Under the pieces are notes generated by a model. That model was not told where the DNA came from. It saw only the letters and a list, made by a program, of their open reading frames with translations, and did not search any database. Below are positions 47,959-57,116 of a stretch of 64,000 nt of DNA, piece by piece (positions within the stretch are counted from its first letter, which is position 1; every line of letters begins with the position of its first letter). The translations under genes and the position numbers were made by a program. Source of the DNA: an uncultured Bacteroides sp. (GTDB taxonomy: Bacteria > Bacteroidota > Bacteroidia > Bacteroidales > Bacteroidaceae); the NCBI GenBank assembly GCA_949289345.1, contig CASENS010000035.1:5803-69802 (forward strand), read 5' to 3'.

Positions 47959-50900
47959 ATGAAAAATGTACTGATTTTCGTCCTTTCAGTAGTTTGCGCC
48001 ATACAGATGACGTACGCAAAGGAACGCCATTACTATTTTGAGCGTTTCAGTGTGGAGGACGGACTCTCGCAGAGTACGGTGAACGATATTCTTCAAGACA
48101 ATAAAGGCTTTCTGTGGTTCGGCACCAAAGATGGCCTGAACAGGTACGACGGTTTGTCTTTCCGTCAGTTCAAGCATGACCGCACCAACGCCTACAGCTT
48201 GGGAAACAATTTCGTGACCACCCTGTATGAAGACACGAAAGGACACATCTGGGTGGGTACGGATGTGGGATTATACATTTATTATCCGGAGCGGGATATT
48301 TTTGAGCGTTTCCAAGCTGCCGCCGATAACGGGACAAAGATAGAGCGCTCGGTTTCCGCAATAGTGGGAGATGCGGACAGCTGCGTATGGGTGGCGGTGG
48401 AGACGCAAGGAATATTCCGGTTCGACTTACGGAAACAGACGTTGACCAACCATGCATTGCGCGGCGCAGGCATTTCCGCCAATGTCCAGACAATGGCTTT
48501 CGACAATAGCGGCATCTTGTGGATTGGTTTGTATGGCGATGGGCTGTACTATTCCAAGGACCATCTGGAGACACTCCAGCCCTACCTTTCGGAACAAGGC
48601 AAGGAAGTGTTCGACAACGACGTGATAACCCGGTTGGTTTGCGGCACGTACAACCGCCTTTACATCGGGTCGACACACGGCGTGCAGGAACTGAACCTGA
48701 CATCGGGCCGGCTGCGAAGCATTTTACACGCCAACGAAACAGGCGAGGACATTTATTGCCGTGACTTGCTGATGGTATCGGATAACAGTTTGTGGGTTGG
48801 CACCGAGTCCGGCATCTACATTTATAATCTCCATACAGACCAGTACGTCCATCTGCGTAATTCGATGAACGACCCCTACTCGCTGTCGGACAATGCGGTC
48901 TATTCGCTTTGCAAGGACAACGAAGGAGGCATTTGGGTAGGCTCCTATTTCGGAGGCATCAACTTTTATCCGTCCCCCCAGACCTATTTCGAGAAATATT
49001 ACCCTACTTCGGACTATAATGGACTGCACGGGATGCGTGTCCGCGAGTTTTGCCAGGACAACCGGGGCATCCTGTGGATAGGGACGGAAGACGGCGGCTT
49101 AAATCGTTTCAATCCGGACACGGAAGAGTTCTCGTTCTTCGAACCCAGTGCAGGATTTACAAATATACACGGACTTTGCTTAATGGATAATTACCTGTGG
49201 GTAGGCACTTTCGCAAAAGGCATCAAAGTAATAGACACACGCAACGGCAGCATCGTAAAGACTTATCAGAAGGGCTCTTCGCCGCACTCGTTGATAGACA
49301 ACAGCGTCTTCTCCATCTGCCGGACCACAACAGGCGAGATATTTGTCGGCACCATGTTCGGTCTGCTCCGTTATGACAGGCAAACTGATGGATTCCAACG
49401 GATAGACGACTTGAACGGCTGCTTTGTGTACGACATAAAGGAGGATTACGACGGCAATTTATGGCTGACTACGTATGCCAACGGGGCGTGGAGGTATGAC
49501 GTCAACCAAAAGCGGTGGGAGAACTACCGACACAATGCCACAGACAGCACCAGCCTTCCCTATGACAAAGTCCTAAGCATTTTTGAAGATTCACATCACC
49601 AAGTATGGCTGACCACTCAAGGAGGCGGTTTCTGCAAGTTCAATCCGCAAACAAACAACTTCACGGCTTACGACATACGCCACGGGCTTCCCAACGATGT
49701 TGTATACCAGATAGCCGAAGACAAGAACGGGCATCTTTGGCTGACCACCAACAACGGACTGGCATGCTTCGACCCTGTAACAGAAGAAATTAAGAAAGTC
49801 TACACGACAGAAAGCGGCTTGCTGGGTGACCAGTTCAATTACCGTTCCAGCTATGTTTCAGAGGATGGGATTATTTACTTCGGCAGCATCAATGGTTTTA
49901 TAGCTTTCAATCCAAGCAAATTCGTGGAAAACAGTTACCTGCCCCCCGTTGTGTTGACAGACTTCATGTTGTTCAACAAAAACGTACGTGCCTGGCAGCA
50001 AGACTCACCTTTGGAGAAAAGTATTGTCTTTACCGACAAAATAGCATTGCGCCCTGACCAGAACGCTTTTTCGCTAAGACTCGCGGCGTTGAGCTATCAA
50101 GCGCCCCGCATGAACAGGCTGAAGTATAAACTGGAGGGATATGACAAAGAGTGGAACATTATGAAGGGAAGCCCCGTGATAAGCTATTCCAACTTACCTT
50201 ACGGAGATTATGTCTTTCGGGTGAAAGGAGCAAATAACGACGGACTTTGGAATCCCGAAGAAAGGACATTACGGATAGAAATCCTTCCTCCGCTTTATCT
50301 TACGGGATGGGCTTACTGTATCTATACCTTGCTGTTCATCGGATGTTCGCTATACACGTTCTGGTACTTCAAACAGCGTAGCAACAGACGCCATCACAGG
50401 CAGTTAGAGAAGTTTGAGCAGGAGAAAGAACGGGAAATCTATCGGGCTAAATTCGATTTCTTTACGAACGTAGCCCATGAAATACGCACACCGCTGACGC
50501 TGATTAAGGGTCCCTTGGAAAATATCCTGCAAAGGAAACTGGTGGATGCTGAAACACGTGAAGACTTGAACATCATGCAGCAGAATACCGAAAGATTATT
50601 GAACCTGACCAACCAATTGCTTGATTTCCGAAAAGCGGAAAGCCAAGGGTATCGGTTGGACTTTGCGGAATGCGACATTACCCAGATTTTGCATGACACT
50701 TATTTGCGTTTTACTTCGGCAGCCCGACAAAAAGGCTTGGATTTCACCTTGAAGATGCCGGAGCAGACTTTTTATGCCCATGTAAACAAGGAAGCCTTCA
50801 CTAAAATTCTCAGCAACTTGTTCAACAACGCAATGAAATACGCGGCTACCTACGTGCATGTTTCCCTGGAAGTGGAGGGACAGGAGAGGGAGAAATCAGT

Positions 50901-51960
50901 CTTTCGTGTCCGCACGGTGAATGACGGCGCTTTAATCCCCATCGGGATGAGAGAAGCTATCTTCAAACCGTTTGTACGCCTCAATGAACAAGGAAATGGA
51001 CAAGTGACAACGGGCACGGGTATAGGTCTGGCACTGGCCCGCTCTTTGGCCGAACTGCATAAAGGAAGCCTGGTCGTTACGGACAAAACGGATGTCAATG
51101 AATTTTGCCTGACCCTGCCCGTCGTACAAGAGCAGATAATCGTATTGCCGAATGAAGAGGCCCATGCCAAACATGAGACAGTCCATACCGAACCGGTTGA
51201 AACGAAGAACGGAAATCCATCGGTTCTTGTCGTAGAGGACAACCCCGACGTATTGTCTTTTATCAGTAAGCAGATGTCACACAGCTATGAAGTGCTGACT
51301 GCGTCCGACGGTGCTGAAGCATTGAAAGTGCTCGATAAGAACTTTGTGAGCTTAGTTATCAGTGATGTCATGATGCCTGTCATGGATGGTTTCGAACTGT
51401 GCAAACGCATTAAAGCCGACGTGAATTACAGTCACATTCCCGTTATTCTGCTAACGGCCAAAACCGACATGCAGTCCAAGTTGGAAGGCCTCGAACTGGG
51501 TGCAGATTCCTATATTGAAAAACCTTTCTCACCAGAATATTTAGTAGCGGTCTCAACCAATCTTATCAAAAACCGTGAGAAGTTGCGCCAAGCCTTTGCC
51601 CAGTCTCCTTTTGTAGAAGTAAAAACCGTGGCGCAAACGAAAGCCGATGAGGAGTTCGTAGAGAAACTGAACGAAATTATTCTGACCAATATGGATAATT
51701 CGGAGTTTACTTCGGATGCCTTGGCTGATCATTTAGGAATGAGCCGCTCTAACTTCTATCGGAAAATAAAGGGCGTTTTGGGCATGACTCCCAACGAGTA
51801 CATCCGTGTGGAACGCCTGAAACGCGCCGCCCAGTTAATGAAAGAAGGAAAAGACCGGGTTACAGAAGTGTGCTATGCCGTAGGTTTTAGCTCTCCTTCT
51901 TACTTTGCAAAATGTTTTCAAAAGCAATTCGGAGTGTTGCCAAAAGACTTTGTGAAATAG
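47959..51960 (+). CDS. Hybrid two-component system sensor kinase/response regulator with AraC-type HTH (HTCS)
   Basis: 1333 aa with the same architecture as HTCS 1. H-box FTNVAHEIRTPLTLIKGPLE, ATPase GTGIGLALARSLAELHKGSL, receiver VLVVEDNPDVLSF...VISDVMMPVMDG...LLTAK, and AraC HTH GFSSPSYFAKCFQKQFGVLPKDF. Confidence 0.95.
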   Translation: MKNVLIFVLSVVCAIQMTYAKERHYYFERFSVEDGLSQSTVNDILQDNKGFLWFGTKDGLNRYDGLSFRQFKHDRTNAYSLGNNFVTTLYEDTKGHIWVGTDVGLYIYYPERDIFERFQAAADNGTKIERSVSAIVGDADSCVWVAVETQGIFRFDLRKQTLTNHALRGAGISANVQTMAFDNSGILWIGLYGDGLYYSKDHLETLQPYLSEQGKEVFDNDVITRLVCGTYNRLYIGSTHGVQELNLTSGRLRSILHANETGEDIYCRDLLMVSDNSLWVGTESGIYIYNLHTDQYVHLRNSMNDPYSLSDNAVYSLCKDNEGGIWVGSYFGGINFYPSPQTYFEKYYPTSDYNGLHGMRVREFCQDNRGILWIGTEDGGLNRFNPDTEEFSFFEPSAGFTNIHGLCLMDNYLWVGTFAKGIKVIDTRNGSIVKTYQKGSSPHSLIDNSVFSICRTTTGEIFVGTMFGLLRYDRQTDGFQRIDDLNGCFVYDIKEDYDGNLWLTTYANGAWRYDVNQKRWENYRHNATDSTSLPYDKVLSIFEDSHHQVWLTTQGGGFCKFNPQTNNFTAYDIRHGLPNDVVYQIAEDKNGHLWLTTNNGLACFDPVTEEIKKVYTTESGLLGDQFNYRSSYVSEDGIIYFGSINGFIAFNPSKFVENSYLPPVVLTDFMLFNKNVRAWQQDSPLEKSIVFTDKIALRPDQNAFSLRLAALSYQAPRMNRLKYKLEGYDKEWNIMKGSPVISYSNLPYGDYVFRVKGANNDGLWNPEERTLRIEILPPLYLTGWAYCIYTLLFIGCSLYTFWYFKQRSNRRHHRQLEKFEQEKEREIYRAKFDFFTNVAHEIRTPLTLIKGPLENILQRKLVDAETREDLNIMQQNTERLLNLTNQLLDFRKAESQGYRLDFAECDITQILHDTYLRFTSAARQKGLDFTLKMPEQTFYAHVNKEAFTKILSNLFNNAMKYAATYVHVSLEVEGQEREKSVFRVRTVNDGALIPIGMREAIFKPFVRLNEQGNGQVTTGTGIGLALARSLAELHKGSLVVTDKTDVNEFCLTLPVVQEQIIVLPNEEAHAKHETVHTEPVETKNGNPSVLVVEDNPDVLSFISKQMSHSYEVLTASDGAEALKVLDKNFVSLVISDVMMPVMDGFELCKRIKADVNYSHIPVILLTAKTDMQSKLEGLELGADSYIEKPFSPEYLVAVSTNLIKNREKLRQAFAQSPFVEVKTVAQTKADEEFVEKLNEIILTNMDNSEFTSDALADHLGMSRSNFYRKIKGVLGMTPNEYIRVERLKRAAQLMKEGKDRVTEVCYAVGFSSPSYFAKCFQKQFGVLPKDFVK

Positions 51961-52064
51961 CCTGTTGTGTCCAGGAAAGCTGAAAATCCATACAATTAAA
52001 TGAAATTGGGATATTCCTTTCATTAGTTAGGAAATCTGTGCTAGAATATGGATAGGATACAGAT

Positions 52065-52072
52065 TACCTTTG
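52065..52072 (+). promoter_or_regulatory. -7 box (TAnnTTTG) for the GH105-led operon
   Basis: TACCTTTG lies 42 nt upstream of the ATG at 52114. Confidence 0.5.
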
Positions 52073-52113
52073 TGGAAGCAAAATTATTAATGAACAGATA
52101 AAAATTAGTTATT

Positions 52114-53226
52114 ATGTTAAAAAAATTAGTTATTGCATTTTTATGCTTGTTTTCATTGCAGTACATGTCTGCTCAGACAGAGTTATTAACTAATTTCCCC
52201 AAGGGATGTGAACCTGAGAGCATAGGCAAACGCCTGGCTTACCATTTTGTAGGAGGCAAACACTTGCTGCACATAGGTAAGTGGATTAGCTATCCGGAAA
52301 CATTTACATGGAACGGTGCCTTGAACTTTGGCGAAGTTACCGGAGATAAAAAACTGATTAAGCTAATGCAGGAGCGTTTTGAGCCCTTGTTCACAACAGA
52401 GAAAGCATTGCTTCCCATCATGAACCATGTGGATGTGAACATGTTCGGAAGCCTGCCTTTGACACTTTATCGGATTACCGGTGAACAGCGTTATTATGAC
52501 TTGGGTATGCCATACGCTGATACGCAATGGCAAGTGCCCTCCAACGCAAAACCGAAAGAAAAAGAATGGGCCGACAAAGGGTACTCTTGGCAATCGCGTC
52601 TGTGGATTGATGATATGTACATGATTACAATTGTACAGACAATGGCTTATAAAGTCACCGGCGACCGCAAATATGTAGACCGTGCCGCAAAGGAAATGGT
52701 TCTGTATCTGGATGAACTACAGCGTCCCAACGGATTGTTCTATCATGCACCGGACGTACCTTACTACTGGGGACGCGGAAATGGCTGGATGGCCGCCGGC
52801 ATGACCGAATTGCTGCGTTGTCTGCCTAAGGACAGCGAATACCGTGAGCGTATTTTGGAAGGTTACCACAAGATGATGAAGAGCCTGAAAGATTACCAGA
52901 CGGAAGAAGGCATGTGGCGCCAGTTGCTGGATCAACCAGACTGCTGGATAGAGACATCGGGGTCGGCCATGTTCACCTATGCGTTCATTGAAGGCGTCAA
53001 AAATGGCTGGCTGGATGCCAAAGAATATGCTCCTGCAGCCCGTAAGGCATGGATAGCCATGGTGAGCTATGTAAATGAGAATGGCGACGTACGTAATGTA
53101 TGTACAGGTACAAACAAGAAGAACGACAAACAATATTATTATGACCGTAAACGTAATGTAGGCGATTATCACGGACAAGCACCTTATCTGTGGTGCGCCG
53201 TGGCTTTGACGGAACTGAACAAATAA
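52114..53226 (+). CDS. GH105-family unsaturated rhamnogalacturonyl/glucuronyl hydrolase (YteR-like)
   Basis: 370 aa with a signal peptide. RLWIDDMYMITIVQ and YYWGRGNGWMAAGMTE are the characteristic GH105/GH88-clan motifs. Confidence 0.82.
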   Translation: MLKKLVIAFLCLFSLQYMSAQTELLTNFPKGCEPESIGKRLAYHFVGGKHLLHIGKWISYPETFTWNGALNFGEVTGDKKLIKLMQERFEPLFTTEKALLPIMNHVDVNMFGSLPLTLYRITGEQRYYDLGMPYADTQWQVPSNAKPKEKEWADKGYSWQSRLWIDDMYMITIVQTMAYKVTGDRKYVDRAAKEMVLYLDELQRPNGLFYHAPDVPYYWGRGNGWMAAGMTELLRCLPKDSEYRERILEGYHKMMKSLKDYQTEEGMWRQLLDQPDCWIETSGSAMFTYAFIEGVKNGWLDAKEYAPAARKAWIAMVSYVNENGDVRNVCTGTNKKNDKQYYYDRKRNVGDYHGQAPYLWCAVALTELNK

Positions 53227-53237
53227 TCTTAGGGCAA

Positions 53238-55946
53238 ATGCGTTATCTTTATTTGCTTTTGACAATATGGCTCCTACCTTATGCCGCATCCGTTTGGGGG
53301 CGGCCACAAGGTGGGAGTCCGGGGGATACAGGCCGTGTGTGGCTGACTTCAAACGCCATACATGGAGGCCGATACCAGTGGAAGATGAAGAAGGCCAAAG
53401 AAGTAGAGGCTGACGGGAAACAAATCTCCGCTTTCGGATATGACACGGCTGGATGGATGGAAGCTGTCATACCGGGTACGGTGTTGCGTTCATTGGTATA
53501 TAACAAGGTATATCCCGAGCCCTATTATGGGAAAAACAACAAACTGGAAACAGGACTAATACCTGATATCGCTAAAACAGGACGGGACTTCTACACATAT
53601 TGGTTCCGGACTGAGTTTGAAGTTCCGGAAACATTTCTCGGCAAGACAATCTGGATGCAACTGGATGGCATCAATTATCGGGCTGAGGTCTGGGTAAACG
53701 GAAATTTGCTGAGTACGATTAATGGCATGTTCGTCAAGGATTATGTCAATGTAACAGAGTTCGTAAAGCCAGGTCCTCAAAACGTATTGGCAGTAAAAGT
53801 CTATCCTGTAGATGTACCGGGCACGACGGCACCCAAACCTTGGGGAGCAGCCGGGGAGTTCCACAACGGCGGAAACGGAAACATCGGACTGAATACAACC
53901 ATGCTGATGAGCGTGGGGTGGGACTTTACCTTCATGGATGGCATCCGTGACCGTAATACCGGTATTTGGCGAGACATTTCACTGTATGCCACCGGCAAAG
54001 TAACATTGCGCCATCCTTTCGTAAAGTCGGACTTACAGAAGCCCGGTTATGACAAAGCGTATGAAACCGTTTCAGTGGAAGTAATCAACCCTTCAAATAA
54101 CAACCGGACCGTACGCTGCAAAGTTAAAGGCGAAATTGTAGGTGAAGGTATCTCTTTCGAGCAACAGATAAGTTTGATACGAGGTGAAGAAAAACTGGTT
54201 ACATTTACACCTAAAGAGTTCCCGCAGTTAGCCATCGACAATCCACGCTTATGGTGGCCAGTCAACAAAGGACCGCAACACCTGTATAAGATGAAGCTCA
54301 CCGTATCCGTGAATGATGTGGTTTGTGATTCAACAAGTACAACTTTTGGTATCCGTGAAATTACGTCGGACACAAACACGCCGGACGGTTCACGTGTGTT
54401 TTATGTGAACGGGAAGCGTCTCTTTATCCGTGGTTCCAACTGGATACCCGAAGCGATGTTAAGAGGTTCGGACGAACGTACATATGCGGAATTGCGCTAT
54501 ACACGCCAGGCCGGTATCAACTTGCTTCGCATGTGGGGAGGAGGTATAGCCGAGTCGGATTACTTCTTCCAATTGTGTGACGAAATGGGCATTTTGGTCT
54601 GGCAGGAGTTTTGGATGACGGGTGATACAAAACATCCGCAAGACAAGAGTGTGTATCTGAACAACGTTGCCTCGACAGTAAAACGTATCCGTAACCATCC
54701 TTCACTGGCTTACTACGTGGCTTCCAACGAGAGTACAGAAGTGACAGGCACGCCCGCACTGTTGAAATGGCTGGACGGTACACGCGGCTATCAAATGCAA
54801 TCGGAATGTGCAGGTGTGCATGACGGTAGTCCTTACAAACAGGTAAATCCAATGCAACATTACGACGACAGTGCTTCACCAAGAGGCAGTCGCGTAAATG
54901 GATTCAATCCGGAATATGGCGCACCGTCACTGCCTACAGTAGAAATCCTCCGAGAAATGATGGACGAGAAAGACCTCTGGCCGATAAACAAAGAAGTGTG
55001 GGACTATCTGGATGGGAATGGGTTTCATGGCATGACTACGCTCTATACGGATATGGTCAATCAATATGGTCCATCCACTTCCATTGATGAGTTTGCCGCC
55101 AAAGGGCAGCTAGTGGGAGCAGTCAACTCGAAAAGTATTTGGGAAGTTTGGAATTACAACAAACTGGATTATGGCGACCGGTTCTGTTCTGGATTGTTGT
55201 TCTGGTACCATAACTGTCCGGTACGGCAGGTATCAGCGCGCATGTGGGACTGGTCATTGGAACCAACGGCTTCGCTGTATCATACATCCAATGCGCTGGA
55301 ACCGCTACACGCCCAGTTCGACTACTTGAAAAACACCGTTTCCGTCATCAATGATTACTATAAGTCTTTTAATGGCTATCAGATAACGGCAGCAGTGTAC
55401 GACATAGAAAGCCGGAAAGTGTGGGAAAAAACGGCAAAGGTTAATTTGCCTTCAGATGGAGTCGCCAACGATGTTTTTCCGATTGATTTTCCAGAAAACA
55501 TTTCTCAAGTACATTTTATTAAATTATCGTTGAAAGACGAGAAAGGACACGAAGTATCTTCCAATTTCTACTGGCGTTCCAAAGACAAATATGAAGGACC
55601 GAATACACTGACAGGGCCAATTACCTCCGGGTTCGAAAATTTAGAGAAAATGAAACCTGCACGGCTAAAGTCTTCTTATAAACTGAGAACAGAGAAAGGC
55701 CGGGTGTTTGTGGATGTAACGCTGAAGAACGTATCAAGCAGGATTGCATTCTTTAACCAATTGCAGTTTTTGAACGGAGAAGGAAGTCCCATACGTCCCT
55801 CGTTCTACACTGACAATTTCTTTTCCTTATTGCCGGGAGAAACCAAGACAGTAACCATTGAAACAGCCGATAAAGGGCTGTCCAGTGGAGTAGTGCTAGG
55901 CATTAAAGGATGGAATGTAAAAGCGGAAACTCATAAAATAAAGTAA
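53238..55946 (+). CDS. GH2-family glycoside hydrolase (beta-mannosidase / exo-glucosaminidase-like subgroup)
   Basis: The track ORF starts at 53190. The ATG at 53238 gives MRYLYLLLTIWLLPYAASVWG, a signal peptide. It has WFRTEFEVPETFLGKTIWMQLDGINYRAEVWVNGNLL, FYVNGKRLFIRGSNWIPE, INLLRMWGGG and YYVASNEST. Confidence 0.82.
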   Translation: MRYLYLLLTIWLLPYAASVWGRPQGGSPGDTGRVWLTSNAIHGGRYQWKMKKAKEVEADGKQISAFGYDTAGWMEAVIPGTVLRSLVYNKVYPEPYYGKNNKLETGLIPDIAKTGRDFYTYWFRTEFEVPETFLGKTIWMQLDGINYRAEVWVNGNLLSTINGMFVKDYVNVTEFVKPGPQNVLAVKVYPVDVPGTTAPKPWGAAGEFHNGGNGNIGLNTTMLMSVGWDFTFMDGIRDRNTGIWRDISLYATGKVTLRHPFVKSDLQKPGYDKAYETVSVEVINPSNNNRTVRCKVKGEIVGEGISFEQQISLIRGEEKLVTFTPKEFPQLAIDNPRLWWPVNKGPQHLYKMKLTVSVNDVVCDSTSTTFGIREITSDTNTPDGSRVFYVNGKRLFIRGSNWIPEAMLRGSDERTYAELRYTRQAGINLLRMWGGGIAESDYFFQLCDEMGILVWQEFWMTGDTKHPQDKSVYLNNVASTVKRIRNHPSLAYYVASNESTEVTGTPALLKWLDGTRGYQMQSECAGVHDGSPYKQVNPMQHYDDSASPRGSRVNGFNPEYGAPSLPTVEILREMMDEKDLWPINKEVWDYLDGNGFHGMTTLYTDMVNQYGPSTSIDEFAAKGQLVGAVNSKSIWEVWNYNKLDYGDRFCSGLLFWYHNCPVRQVSARMWDWSLEPTASLYHTSNALEPLHAQFDYLKNTVSVINDYYKSFNGYQITAAVYDIESRKVWEKTAKVNLPSDGVANDVFPIDFPENISQVHFIKLSLKDEKGHEVSSNFYWRSKDKYEGPNTLTGPITSGFENLEKMKPARLKSSYKLRTEKGRVFVDVTLKNVSSRIAFFNQLQFLNGEGSPIRPSFYTDNFFSLLPGETKTVTIETADKGLSSGVVLGIKGWNVKAETHKIK

Positions 55947-55951
55947 TCGTT

Positions 55952-57091
55952 ATGAGAAAGATTGGGAAATATAGCATATGGACTCTTATGCTGGCCAGCT
56001 TATCTGTAACCTTGGAAGTTGAAGGGCAAGAAGTGCAGGCCGGTGCATCATGGGCTTTAGGGCCATTCGTCCGCCCGCAACAGGTCAATCCGATACTTGC
56101 ACCGCAATCTGCTTCTACTTTTATCTGCCCTATGCACAACGGACCGGTGAAATGGGAAGAAGGAGATGTGTTCAATCCGGCAGCTGTTACAAAAGGGGGA
56201 AACATAGTGGTGCTCTACAGAGCTGAAGATAAATCCGGAACAGGCATTGGCAAACGTACCTCACGCATCGGATACGCTGAGAGCACGGACGGTCTCCATT
56301 TTAAACGTGAGGGAAATCCAGTACTCTATCCAGCGGATGACGACTTCAAGGAATTGGACTGGCCGGGAGGATGTGAAGACCCCAGAGTGGCTATGACAGA
56401 AGAAGGCCTGTATGTTATGCTATACACATCTTGGAATCGTAAAACGCCCCGGCTTTCGGTAGCCACGTCGCGCGATTTGAAACATTGGATCAAACACGGC
56501 CCGGCTTTCGCCAAAGCATATAAAGGACGCTTCAACCAAATGGCAACAAAATCTGCGTCCATACTGACAAAGCTGAAAGACGGTAAGTTGGTCATTGACA
56601 AAGTAGATGGACAGTATTTCATGTACTGGGGGGAATATGCCATCCATGCAGCCGTGTCGGACAACCTGACGGACTGGTATCCGGTGTTGGATGAGAAAGG
56701 AGAACTTCGGAAACTGGCGGTTCCTCGACCAGGATACTTTGACAGCCAGATGACGGAATGCGGTCCTCCTGCCATTCGTACTAAAAACGGAATTTTGCTT
56801 TTGTACAATGGGAAGAATGAACGTGGCTTACGCGGCGACACTGCATATGCAGCCGGTGCCTACTGCGGCGGACAGATGCTATTCGATGCAAAGGATCCTA
56901 ATAAACTCATCGAACGTCTGGACAAGCCCTTCTTTGTTCCTGAAGCTCCTTTCGAGCGGAGTGGACAATATGTCCATGGCACTGTCTTTATGGAAGGCTT
57001 AGTTTGTCACGAACACCGGATTTACCTGTACTATGGCTGTGCCGATTCAAGGGTCGCTGTAGCGATATGCGAGAATATAGATAATTTATGA
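55952..57091 (+). CDS. GH130-family protein with signal peptide (beta-mannoside hydrolase/phosphorylase family)
   Basis: 379 aa. VFNPAAV, the hallmark PGGCEDPRV segment, and YLYYGCADSRVAVA at the C-terminus. The N-terminus MRKIGKYSIWTLMLASLSVTLEVEGQ looks like a signal peptide. Confidence 0.8.
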   Translation: MRKIGKYSIWTLMLASLSVTLEVEGQEVQAGASWALGPFVRPQQVNPILAPQSASTFICPMHNGPVKWEEGDVFNPAAVTKGGNIVVLYRAEDKSGTGIGKRTSRIGYAESTDGLHFKREGNPVLYPADDDFKELDWPGGCEDPRVAMTEEGLYVMLYTSWNRKTPRLSVATSRDLKHWIKHGPAFAKAYKGRFNQMATKSASILTKLKDGKLVIDKVDGQYFMYWGEYAIHAAVSDNLTDWYPVLDEKGELRKLAVPRPGYFDSQMTECGPPAIRTKNGILLLYNGKNERGLRGDTAYAAGAYCGGQMLFDAKDPNKLIERLDKPFFVPEAPFERSGQYVHGTVFMEGLVCHEHRIYLYYGCADSRVAVAICENIDNL

Positions 57092-57116
57092 AATAAATCA
57101 ATAACAGAAAACCAAT

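Noticed and set aside
53086-53095. cgACGTACGT resembling the ARACGTWCGT half-site of Bacteroides invertible promoters
   Set aside because: It is a single occurrence inside the GH105 coding sequence with no inverted partner nearby. It is self-palindromic by chance.
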